A DNA stretch of 64,000 nucleotides. It comes from Candidatus Hadarchaeota archaeon (GTDB taxonomy: Archaea; CAYQAE01; CAYVLA01). The notes beneath the pieces were generated by a model, which was not told where the DNA came from, searched no databases, and worked only from the letters and a program-made list of their open reading frames with translations. Each line of letters begins with the position of its first letter. Position 1 is the stretch's first letter. Location: assembly GCA_964621445.1 (NCBI GenBank), contig CAZUNO010000003.1, positions 138,306 to 202,305 on the forward strand, read 5' to 3'. The translations under genes and the position numbers were made by a program. Shown here one piece after another: positions 48,078-56,558 of the stretch.

Positions 48078-48335
48078 TTTATGTCTGCTAGATTTCGGGA
48101 TATAAATCGTTAATCTCTCTTAATCTGGTATTGGATTTTGATAGGGCTCAAACCCATTCCACTTCTTGTCCCTAGGGCGCTTACAGCTATTGTTTTCCTG
48201 CATTTTCGTTCCTGGTTGGCCTCTTTGTTGGCTTTACCAAAACTTTTTCATCCCTCAGCTTGCCTCAAAGTCGGAAAATTACAAACGCTGAAGAAGATAT
48301 TAATGGGAATAACCCATAATCCCTCGTGTGGGAAT

Positions 48336-48566
48336 ATGGGTATAAAGGTTGAAATTGATAAACGGGGCAGGCTACTCCTACCTGCGGAGATAAGAAACAG
48401 GATCGGCAGCAGGCGGTTCCTCCTGAAGGAGGTGGAGGGGAAGTTGGACCTGGAACCTTTACCTCGTCCAGAAGAGGTGAAAGGAAAACATAGGGGACTT
48501 TTGGAAAAGGATATTCAGGAATTAGAGGAGGACCAGGAGAAATTTGTGAACCGGGGATCTCGTTGA
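48336..48566 (+). CDS. AbrB/MazE-type antitoxin
   Basis: IDKRGRLLLPAEIR; inverted repeat ATGGG-AATAA-CCCAT at 48303-48317 upstream. Confidence 0.85.
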   Translation: MGIKVEIDKRGRLLLPAEIRNRIGSRRFLLKEVEGKLDLEPLPRPEEVKGKHRGLLEKDIQELEEDQEKFVNRGSR

Positions 48567-49002
48567 TGGAAATACCTGAGCAATTATTGATAGAAGCAGA
48601 TCTATTCATTTCCTATCTAGGGGGGATATGGTTGAGCAGAATTTTTCGAGAGTCGTTGAGAGCGCCGAAAACCGGGAAACGGAACTATTATCCTCATCGG
48701 AAGTCTACGATGATGTTATATCCGCTCTCAGGAGCCAAGAAATAGGGCTAGAAAAGGTGATGTGTTTCGTCTCAGATATGAGGGCTATACCGCACAGACC
48801 GATACCTGTTACCGCTGAAATTGCTAGAGTAGCACTTGATCTCTACGGAAGATATGGTGGATCTAGAAAGCTGCATTATTTCGATTCTTTTCACGTGGCA
48901 ACGTCGAGGCAGACCTCTCTAAACTTGCTTACAAGTGATCGATACATTCAGGATCACTCCAATGATCTAGGCATCAAGACTGTGGATATTAGGAAAGTAT
49001 GA
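48563..49002 (+). pseudogene. PIN toxin split by a frameshift at G6 (48620-48625)
   Basis: LLIEADLFISYL in one frame, DMVEQNF..LHYFDSFHVAT..LTSD in another; adding one base rejoins them. Confidence 0.75.
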
Positions 49003-49636
49003 CTTCCAAGCCGATTACTTTGTCCTTGTTTCTGAATCTGCCACCACAATTATTTAGGTTCCGTATTAGTGACCTGATTTCTTGGACTTTTTGAGAGATC
49101 GTCGTGGTCAATCAGGAATGGCGTCTGCAAGAGGTTTCCAGATATCCCGGGATCAAAATGCAATTAAGGCTCGGGAATGGGATATGTCAGGGCTGCTTTT
49201 TAAGTTTCCCTACCGTCAACCTGGGCATATCGCGCGCGAAATTCTATGCGAGCGCTAAACGGTAGAAACCGGTCACATAGAGGTTTATACGTCTAAAAAT
49301 GCCTACACAACCCTTCTAGAAAAAAGCAAACTTTTCTGAAAACCTCGAAGACGGCTCGATAAGCCCAAAAAGACGGCATTTCTACCCTAAAACCGGGATA
49401 AGTTTCCCTTATCGCCCGGCTGAAGCAGCCCAATATCCATAGCATGGCCCTTTTTGACCAAATGAAGCCTGCAAACAAAAAATCGCGCTCAAAAAACACC
49501 GCAACAACCACTAAACCCAAAAACAAGGCCAGAGAGGAGCGACTCCCGAGCCTTAATTCTAATATAAAGGGAAACTGACCATGCTTGAAAGAGAACCTGA
49601 CCAGAGATTGCTATGGTTCCTCTTAACGCGCGTTGG

Positions 49637-49672
49637 AAAAAATGAGATGCCCGTCCGGAAACCCAGACGGGC
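49637..49672 (-). terminator. Hairpin plus oligo-U terminator of the surface-protein gene
   Basis: Minus strand GCCCGTCTGG-GTTT-CCGGACGGGC followed by ATCTCATTTTTT. Confidence 0.6.
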
Positions 49673-49701
49673 TAGTCGAATTTCTCGTTAATGCTGGGAA
49701 C

Positions 49702-52700
49702 TTACTCCTCCATTTCCTGCTGTTGGAAGTAGAGCCACAACCCGGCGGCGCCGACCACGATTACCAGTACTATCAGGCCTAGCAGCAGGAGCCACGGGAA
49801 TCCCTTCCCCTCGACTTCCAGTCCGTAGGACCAGCTATGGCTGATCCCGTCACCGGAAGCGGTGATGGTCAGCTCGTGGGTGCCCTCCGGCACGTCGTCT
49901 CCCAGCTCGATGGTCAGGTTGGAGCTGAACTCGGGAACTCCTGACTCCGGATCGAAAGTGGCAGTCGCCCCTTCGGGAAGACCATCTATGGAGAGGGTGA
50001 CCTCTCCGCCGAATCCCTCGATTGGCCTCACATTGACGGTGATGGTGAGGGTCTCGCCCTGCTCGGCGGAACCGCCTTCGGTGGTGGAACCGGTCTCGGG
50101 GTCCACGGCGTCCATCTCGAAGTCCTGTTCCGGAGCGGCTGTAACCGTCAGTTCGTAGGTGGTGGTGTGGGTCTTGCCTCCGCCGGTCCCGGTTATTGTT
50201 ATCTCGTGGGTGCCCGCGGTGGTGTCCTCCCCGACATTAAGGGTCAGGGTGGAATCTAGATCCGGGGTCCCGGTGGACGGATCGAAGTCGGCACTGACGC
50301 CGCTGGGGAGTCCGGTGGTGGTTAGGGTTACTGTGTCGTCGAAGTCGTTCGTTGCGGTGAGGGTGATGGTGGTTGTGGTGGATTCTCCTTGCATGGCGGT
50401 GCCTGTGGTTGGGTCGATGGATATCTCGAAGTCTGGCTCGGGGGCCTCGGTTACCGTTAGCTGGTAGGTGGTGGTGTGGGTCTTGCCCCCGCCTGTACCC
50501 GTGAAGGTGATATCGTAGCTTCCTGCTGGCGTTCCCATGCTTGTGGTCAGTGTGGCAGAGGACGTGAAGTCCGGGCTGCCCGAACCTGGAGCAAAGGATA
50601 CGTCAACCCCATTGGGCAGGCCGGTGGTGGTTAGGGTTACTGTGTCGTCGAAGTCGTTCGTTGCGGTGAGGGTGATGGTGGTTGTGGTGGATTCTCCTTG
50701 CATGGCGGTGCCTGTGGTTGGGTCGATGGATATCTCGAAGTCTGGCTCGGGGGCCTCGGTTACCGTTAGCTGGTAGGTGGTGGTGTGGGTCTTGCCTCCG
50801 CCGGTCCCGGTTACCGTTATCTCGTGGGTGCCCGCGGTGGTGTCCTCCCCGATATCAAGTGTCAGCGTGGAGCTGAAGGTCGGGGTCGAGGATGCGGGGT
50901 CAAAGCTCGCCGTAACTCCGGAGGGGAGTCCGGTGGTGGTTAGGGTTACTGTGTCGTCGAAGTCGTTCGTTGCGGTGAGGGTGATGGTGGTTGTGGTGGA
51001 TTCTCCTTGCATGGCGGTGCCTGTGGTTGGGTCGATGGATATCTCGAAGTCTGGTTCCGGCGCCTCGTTCACCGTCAACTCTAGGGTGACGGAGTGGGTC
51101 TTTCCTCCTCCCGTTCCCGTGATCTCCACATCGAACTGCCCGGTCGCGGCGATGGCGCTGGCACTTACCTCCATGGTGGAGGTGAAGTCCGGGGATGCGG
51201 AGGAGGGCGTGAAGGTCGCTGTAACTCCCACCGGCAGCCCGCTTGCCGTTAGGGACACATCCGGGCTGAACCCGTCGCTCGCCATAACCGAGACCACTGC
51301 CGTCGAGGTCTCGCCCTGGATCATGGACATGCTGGTGGGGCTCACGCTAAGGGTGAAGTCCGGGGCAGCATTCACGGTCAGGTCAAAGGTAGTGCTGTGG
51401 GTCTTGCCTCCGCCGGTTCCGGTGATGGTCAGGGTGTAGGTACCCGGCTCGGTCTCCGCATCGGTCAGCAGGGTCAGACCCGAGCTGAAGCTCGGAATCG
51501 CGCTCGAGGGCACGAACTCTGCCGTAGCCCCCTCGGGCAGACCGGTTATCGAGAGATCCACGGTTTCTGAGAAGCCGTCGATGGCGGTAACGGTGACCGT
51601 GGTCCTGGTCCAGGTGCCCTGCACGACCGAGCCCGCCTCTGGGCTGGCCATGATCTCGAAGTCGGGCATCGGGACCTCGGTTACCGTGAGCTGGAAGCCC
51701 ACGCTGTGGGTCTTGCCTCCGCCGGTACCGGTTACCGTTATCTCGTAGGTGCCTGCAGGGGTGGACTCCGCGGTGCTAACGGCCATTCCGGCGCTGAAGC
51801 TCGGGGTTCCAGAGCTCGGGGTGAAGGCCGCGCTGGCCCCGCTGGGCAGGCCGGTGGCACTCAGGGTCACCGTGTCGTCGAAGCCGTTGATCTCCGATAT
51901 GGAAACCACGATGCTCGTGGACTGGCCCTGGATCACCGAACGGGATGTTGGGTTAATTGAAATCTCGAAGTCCTTTGGCGGCGCGGCGGTAACCGTAAGC
52001 TGCAGGGTGCAGTTATGGGTTATTCCGCCTCCGGTGCCCGAAAGCGTCAGGTTATGGACGCCGGGGGCCACCGTGTCATCCACCGAGACCTCGAATGTCG
52101 AGTTGAAGTCCGGGGTCCCCGAGGCCGGATCGAAGGACGTGCTCAGTCCGGCGGGCAGGTCGAGGGCGGCCAGATCCACCATGTCTGTGAACCCGTTCAT
52201 GCCGATAACGGAGACCGTGGCCTGTGCGGATTCTCCCTGCATTGCGGATACAGCTTCGGGATCCACCGAGATATCGAAGTCTGGCTCGGGGGCCTCGGTT
52301 ACCGTGAGCTGGTAGGTGGTAGTGCGGGTCCTGCCTCCGCCGGTTCCGGTGATGGTAATGGCGTACACACCCGGATCGGTCGTCGGCTGGGTGTAGATGG
52401 TCAGGTTGGAGTCGAAGCTGGGCACGCCGCTGGTTGGATCGAAGGACGCGCTGGCTCCAACTGGCAGATCCGATACCGAGAGGTCCACCGTGTCGCTGAA
52501 CCCGAATCTGGGGGCCAGGGACACCGTGGTTGACACCGATTCTCCCTGTTGCACGGAATCGGAATCCGGATCGGCCGTTATGGTAAAGTCAGGAGCTGGC
52601 GGTGCAGCGCCGGATAGGGTTACCGTCCTGGTTTCCTCGAAGGTGTCGCCGTTGGCGGTCACCGTGAGCTTGATTACATAGGTACCGCCTGGCCAGCTTG

Positions 52701-53223
52701 AGGGTGAGTTCCATGCAATTCCGTAGGTGATCGAGGTTGGGCCGTAGCCATACCCGTAGCCGTAACCGTATCCGTAACCGTAGCCATAACCATAGCCCCA
52801 GGAGTAGGAATACGAATCCCAGTCGGCATAGCGATAGCCGTATCCATAGCTCCATCCCGCATCGGGGTTTGCATCGATGGTCACGCTTCCGCCAGAGGTC
52901 GAGTATGTTGTGGTCTGGGAGTCAAGGGGTAGGTTGGAACAGGTAAGCTGGTAGGTGGAGGGCTGGTCCTGCTTGTAGATCTCGAGGTCAATGCTCTGTA
53001 TGGGCAGCAGCTCCCCGTCCTCGATCTCCACCTCGATATCGAAATTGATTATCTGGCCCAGGGTCTGGGGGGAGGGATTGGCGATGTCGATCTGGAGTCC
53101 GGAAAGCGGTGAGAGGTAGAGGAGTGAGATTATTATTATGGCGGTGATGGTCGAGCTTAGTACTATCTTACTTCTAGGCGAGTCATGCCGGCTAGGCCGG
53201 GAACGCTTATCATCTTGAATAAT
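49702..53223 (-). CDS. Cell-surface protein with (GY)n segment, nine ~103-aa Thr-rich Ig-like repeats and a C-terminal TM anchor; probable ATT start
   Basis: Repeats PDF.IS..P..QG..GLP.G..F.P..GT..ITVTGTGGGKTH; frame extends 64 codons upstream of the tracked GTG and encodes a signal peptide. Confidence 0.8.
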   Translation of the reverse strand: MIQDDKRSRPSRHDSPRSKIVLSSTITAIIIISLLYLSPLSGLQIDIANPSPQTLGQIINFDIEVEIEDGELLPIQSIDLEIYKQDQPSTYQLTCSNLPLDSQTTTYSTSGGSVTIDANPDAGWSYGYGYRYADWDSYSYSWGYGYGYGYGYGYGYGYGYGPTSITYGIAWNSPSSWPGGTYVIKLTVTANGDTFEETRTVTLSGAAPPAPDFTITADPDSDSVQQGESVSTTVSLAPRFGFSDTVDLSVSDLPVGASASFDPTSGVPSFDSNLTIYTQPTTDPGVYAITITGTGGGRTRTTTYQLTVTEAPEPDFDISVDPEAVSAMQGESAQATVSVIGMNGFTDMVDLAALDLPAGLSTSFDPASGTPDFNSTFEVSVDDTVAPGVHNLTLSGTGGGITHNCTLQLTVTAAPPKDFEISINPTSRSVIQGQSTSIVVSISEINGFDDTVTLSATGLPSGASAAFTPSSGTPSFSAGMAVSTAESTPAGTYEITVTGTGGGKTHSVGFQLTVTEVPMPDFEIMASPEAGSVVQGTWTRTTVTVTAIDGFSETVDLSITGLPEGATAEFVPSSAIPSFSSGLTLLTDAETEPGTYTLTITGTGGGKTHSTTFDLTVNAAPDFTLSVSPTSMSMIQGETSTAVVSVMASDGFSPDVSLTASGLPVGVTATFTPSSASPDFTSTMEVSASAIAATGQFDVEITGTGGGKTHSVTLELTVNEAPEPDFEISIDPTTGTAMQGESTTTTITLTATNDFDDTVTLTTTGLPSGVTASFDPASSTPTFSSTLTLDIGEDTTAGTHEITVTGTGGGKTHTTTYQLTVTEAPEPDFEISIDPTTGTAMQGESTTTTITLTATNDFDDTVTLTTTGLPNGVDVSFAPGSGSPDFTSSATLTTSMGTPAGSYDITFTGTGGGKTHTTTYQLTVTEAPEPDFEISIDPTTGTAMQGESTTTTITLTATNDFDDTVTLTTTGLPSGVSADFDPSTGTPDLDSTLTLNVGEDTTAGTHEITITGTGGGKTHTTTYELTVTAAPEQDFEMDAVDPETGSTTEGGSAEQGETLTITVNVRPIEGFGGEVTLSIDGLPEGATATFDPESGVPEFSSNLTIELGDDVPEGTHELTITASGDGISHSWSYGLEVEGKGFPWLLLLGLIVLVIVVGAAGLWLYFQQQEMEE
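50150..51060. repeat. Three 309-bp tandem units with near-identical blocks
   Basis: Block GTTAGGGTTACTGTGTCGTCGAAGTCG..GATATCTCGAAGTCTGG starts at 50321, 50630 and 50939. Confidence 0.9.
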
Positions 53224-53413
53224 ACCAAATCCTCCCGTAATTACTAATATATTAAGAATTAACGAATTAGATTCTCTAGCTAATCCTTTATAACTTTTCC
53301 TGATCCCGTCCGCAAGAATTTTGGGAATTATGTAGATATCTACTTATTCTTGTGACAGTTTTTGGTAGAAGCTCATTTCTTCTTGGGAAATCCTCCTCAG
53401 GGGGTCAAAAACA

Positions 53414-55354
53414 CTATGAAATTCGGGCGAAAACGGTCAATCCCGGCGCGCCGAATTGCTTGATGACCACCGATCTAATTCCGTAATTCAGCAACAGGAA
53501 AATTGCAATAAGGTAGAATAGCCAGAAGAGCAAGATGACGACTTTTTTTGAGGCATTGTTTTCGGCGACCGCGGAGATCTTATTAGCGCCGTATAAGATT
53601 CCCAGGGTGGTATAAATGCTGAAGGGAGTCATGTATAGGAACCGTGCATGCATAGGAAACTCAAAGAAGATCATCGAGGAGCAGAGCAGCAACCAGGTGA
53701 GCATCAATCGGTTGAAGCTATCTCGGTAGTCGAGTATGGAGACTACCCCCAGGATCGAGAAGAGAAAGATGGGAGCGTAGGCGTAGAATCCTCCAACGTA
53801 CCATTTGAAGGTCCGGTCCAGGTAGGTGTTAAGCTTGGATATGTTGGATAGGCTTACCTGTCTGGCACGGCGCTTTATTTCCTTAAGGATCTTCTCGGTT
53901 CCCACCTTGAAGCTCCCCAGATAATAGGTTAGGTAGGCGGTGCCCAGGTTTAGCACGATTAAAAGCACGAGGATCTTCAGTTCCAGGCTCCCTCGATGAT
54001 AGCTGATCTTCTTGGCCCATATGAGGAGCAGGGAGAGAACTGCGTAGGCGGTCATTATTCCGACGATCAATAGGATCCAGGTCCAGAGGTGAATATACAT
54101 CACCGCCATGGAGCTGAGAGCTGCTGGTATAAGGAGCCATTTGTTCCTCCCTCCCCTAAATGCGGTCAGTAACAGACCGTAGAATAGGAAAACGGTGGCA
54201 ATCGCGAGCCAGTTGGCGTAAAACCCGGCGTAGAGACCAACGGTAACCGTGAATGAAAGAACCGAAACCACCATTGCCGTGGCCGCATGGAACTTGGGTT
54301 TACTGGATCGAACCAGGAAATATGCTGCCGCCATTAAGACCAGAGATAGCACCGCGGGCATCACGAAGGTAACGAATTTTGCGGGTGCCATTCCAAAAAA
54401 TTGGTAAATGAGGTACTGAAATATCAGGAAAAAAACCCTTTCGTTTTGAACCGCCTGGCCCAGGGCGTGGGCAAAGTTTCCACCCATCATGTCCTTCAGA
54501 AAGCGTATGTAGTCGGGAACATCGGTCCCGGGGAAGCCGGGATTAATATCCCCGGCAATCGCGTAGTTATAATATCCAATGAGCACTGCCACCAGAAATG
54601 CGGCCAGGGCTATAATGACCCAGTTATCGACGGATTTTAGCCCTTTAGCTATGTCCGTCCCTTCATCTTCCTCCGTAGTGGTTTTCCAATTATCCGAGAG
54701 CAGTCCTTTGAAGGTGAATTCTCCCAACCAGCTGTAGGCAAAGAACAAAATGAGAACGGGCAGTAGCGGGTAGAGCAGGTTGGAAAGTTGGGCCTCCATA
54801 AAGGCAGGAGCCCAATTGTCGACGGCGAAGACAGGTGAGGGGTCAAGCAGATGCAGGATCCATCGTGCTACGCTTCCGATCTCCACGACCAGAAGAATCA
54901 GGGCACCGTAGAGCAGAATTAGAGAGAGGTTGGATCCATCCTCGGCATTGCTCTTTCTAAAGGATTTGACGTAAACCAGGAGAAGGGTCCAAGACAGCGC
55001 CAGCAAGGTGATGGACGGGATTTGGAAAGTTGAATAGAGGGCATAGGCCGATGATCCAGTAACCAGCAGGTAGAGAACTATCAATTTACTTTTAGGACGG
55101 GTTTTGTCGCGCCTGTTAAGAAGAAAATGGATGGTTGCCGATGCCATCGCAAAGGTGGCGCAGAGTATCTTATCGATCCATGGAGAAATAAGGGTGATAT
55201 CCACAAGGAATTTCCTGTAGCCTAGGTAGAAGGGGATGCTCAGACTATTTGCCAGTATGATTACCAGGAAGAAGACAAATAATGCCGCCAGGGCCGATGT
55301 GCCGTGCCGTATTATGAGGTTCAGCCGGGATTCAGACTGATAGGGCAGACCCAT
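53414..55354 (-). CDS. Large polytopic membrane protein (possible GT-C fold)
   Basis: More than 15 hydrophobic helices; GTDVPDY loop, GFYANWLA, IHLWTW. Confidence 0.55.
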   Translation of the reverse strand: MGLPYQSESRLNLIIRHGTSALAALFVFFLVIILANSLSIPFYLGYRKFLVDITLISPWIDKILCATFAMASATIHFLLNRRDKTRPKSKLIVLYLLVTGSSAYALYSTFQIPSITLLALSWTLLLVYVKSFRKSNAEDGSNLSLILLYGALILLVVEIGSVARWILHLLDPSPVFAVDNWAPAFMEAQLSNLLYPLLPVLILFFAYSWLGEFTFKGLLSDNWKTTTEEDEGTDIAKGLKSVDNWVIIALAAFLVAVLIGYYNYAIAGDINPGFPGTDVPDYIRFLKDMMGGNFAHALGQAVQNERVFFLIFQYLIYQFFGMAPAKFVTFVMPAVLSLVLMAAAYFLVRSSKPKFHAATAMVVSVLSFTVTVGLYAGFYANWLAIATVFLFYGLLLTAFRGGRNKWLLIPAALSSMAVMYIHLWTWILLIVGIMTAYAVLSLLLIWAKKISYHRGSLELKILVLLIVLNLGTAYLTYYLGSFKVGTEKILKEIKRRARQVSLSNISKLNTYLDRTFKWYVGGFYAYAPIFLFSILGVVSILDYRDSFNRLMLTWLLLCSSMIFFEFPMHARFLYMTPFSIYTTLGILYGANKISAVAENNASKKVVILLFWLFYLIAIFLLLNYGIRSVVIKQFGAPGLTVFARIS

Positions 55355-55436
55355 TACTTCCCTCGGCTGGCCGTCGACCTAAATGTATTACTACTACCTC
55401 AAATTTGAGGTATTCAACCTAGCGCCTAAATCAGGA

Positions 55437-56558
55437 TCACGATTCTTTTGGGGCTTTACGTCCGGTTAATTTTCTCAGTGTTTGGGAATCCCAGTCCGGG
55501 TGCCTCTTTATGCACTCCTCAACCGGGTCCTGTGGTTCGGGCTCCTCCCGCGTGGCTCCCAGAGTGAGTATGCGAAGACCTAGGCCTATGATGGTATCGA
55601 TTATCCCCAGGCCGCCCTCCCTCAGGCGGGGGTGAATCACCACCACGACCGCGGTGACCAGTATCCACACCATGAGCAGGCGGGGAATGTCGGGGGTTCT
55701 CCTAACCACAACCGTAAAGACCTCCACCGGATTTGAGAGAGAGTGGTGCTCCTCGTCAATGTAGATTCTGGTCACGTCGGCCTGGGTCAGGTAGTTCAAG
55801 ATGTTTGAGAGTAGTTCCCTGTTGCCGGGGAGGTCGATCATGCTGTTGATGAAGATGCTGGGATCGGAGAGGATGATGATCCGTCCCCTGCCGAATTCCT
55901 GCTGTATCAAAACGGGGTAGGAGGACTGGGGTTCATCATTCAGCTGCCATATCCCGTCCTGGTTGGAGTCCAGCCAGCTCATTTCACTGGTTGCTGCTAG
56001 CACGGTGGCGTTATTTCGAGGCTTCCCGGTGATTGCCGCCGGATAATTCAGGGTGAATTTGTTTATGCCGTGGGTGAGCCTGCTCTCTCCTTTGGGGATA
56101 CAGGTGACCACATGGGGGTCCTTCTCGTAAACGAGGTCTGCAAGGGGCTGTTCCGAGAACCTGTATCCCAGGTCCAGTACCTCGAGCAGGGTATTTCCCT
56201 GGTCGAAGTCATTTGCCAGGAACACGGTTCCGCCGGACTCGGCAAATCGAGCGATGTACTCGGCGTCCCCCTGTATGAAAGGCCTGTTAGGACCAATTAT
56301 CATTAGGGCGGTATTCTCGTCTCTTGGCCTGTTCTCCAAGGAGCGGAAGGGGGTGTGGAGGGGATATATGTCCTTACCGGAGTCGTGGATCTCCTTGGCC
56401 AACCTCGAGCAACCTTTCCAACCCGTGTTATAGATAGAGAAGTCGGACATGGTTCTAAACATGGGCATTGTGAGGGGCATGAGAAAGAGGGCTCCCGCTG
56501 AAAGATAGACGATTGCGTATAGCACTATACGCCGAATTCTTCGGGGGCGTTCCTCCAT
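55437..56558 (-). CDS. DUF4350 domain membrane protein
   Basis: FSIYNTGWKGCS, GGTVFLANDF..GN.LL, GRIIILSDPSIFINSM. Confidence 0.8.
   Translation of the reverse strand: MEERPRRIRRIVLYAIVYLSAGALFLMPLTMPMFRTMSDFSIYNTGWKGCSRLAKEIHDSGKDIYPLHTPFRSLENRPRDENTALMIIGPNRPFIQGDAEYIARFAESGGTVFLANDFDQGNTLLEVLDLGYRFSEQPLADLVYEKDPHVVTCIPKGESRLTHGINKFTLNYPAAITGKPRNNATVLAATSEMSWLDSNQDGIWQLNDEPQSSYPVLIQQEFGRGRIIILSDPSIFINSMIDLPGNRELLSNILNYLTQADVTRIYIDEEHHSLSNPVEVFTVVVRRTPDIPRLLMVWILVTAVVVVIHPRLREGGLGIIDTIIGLGLRILTLGATREEPEPQDPVEECIKRHPDWDSQTLRKLTGRKAPKES

Noticed and set aside
50150-51060. CRISPR-like direct repeats
   Set aside because: The 309-bp in-frame period lies inside a CDS; there are no spacers or cas genes.
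49862-52681. Plus-strand Val/Ser-rich ORFs
   Set aside because: These are antisense shadows of the Thr-rich repeat gene.
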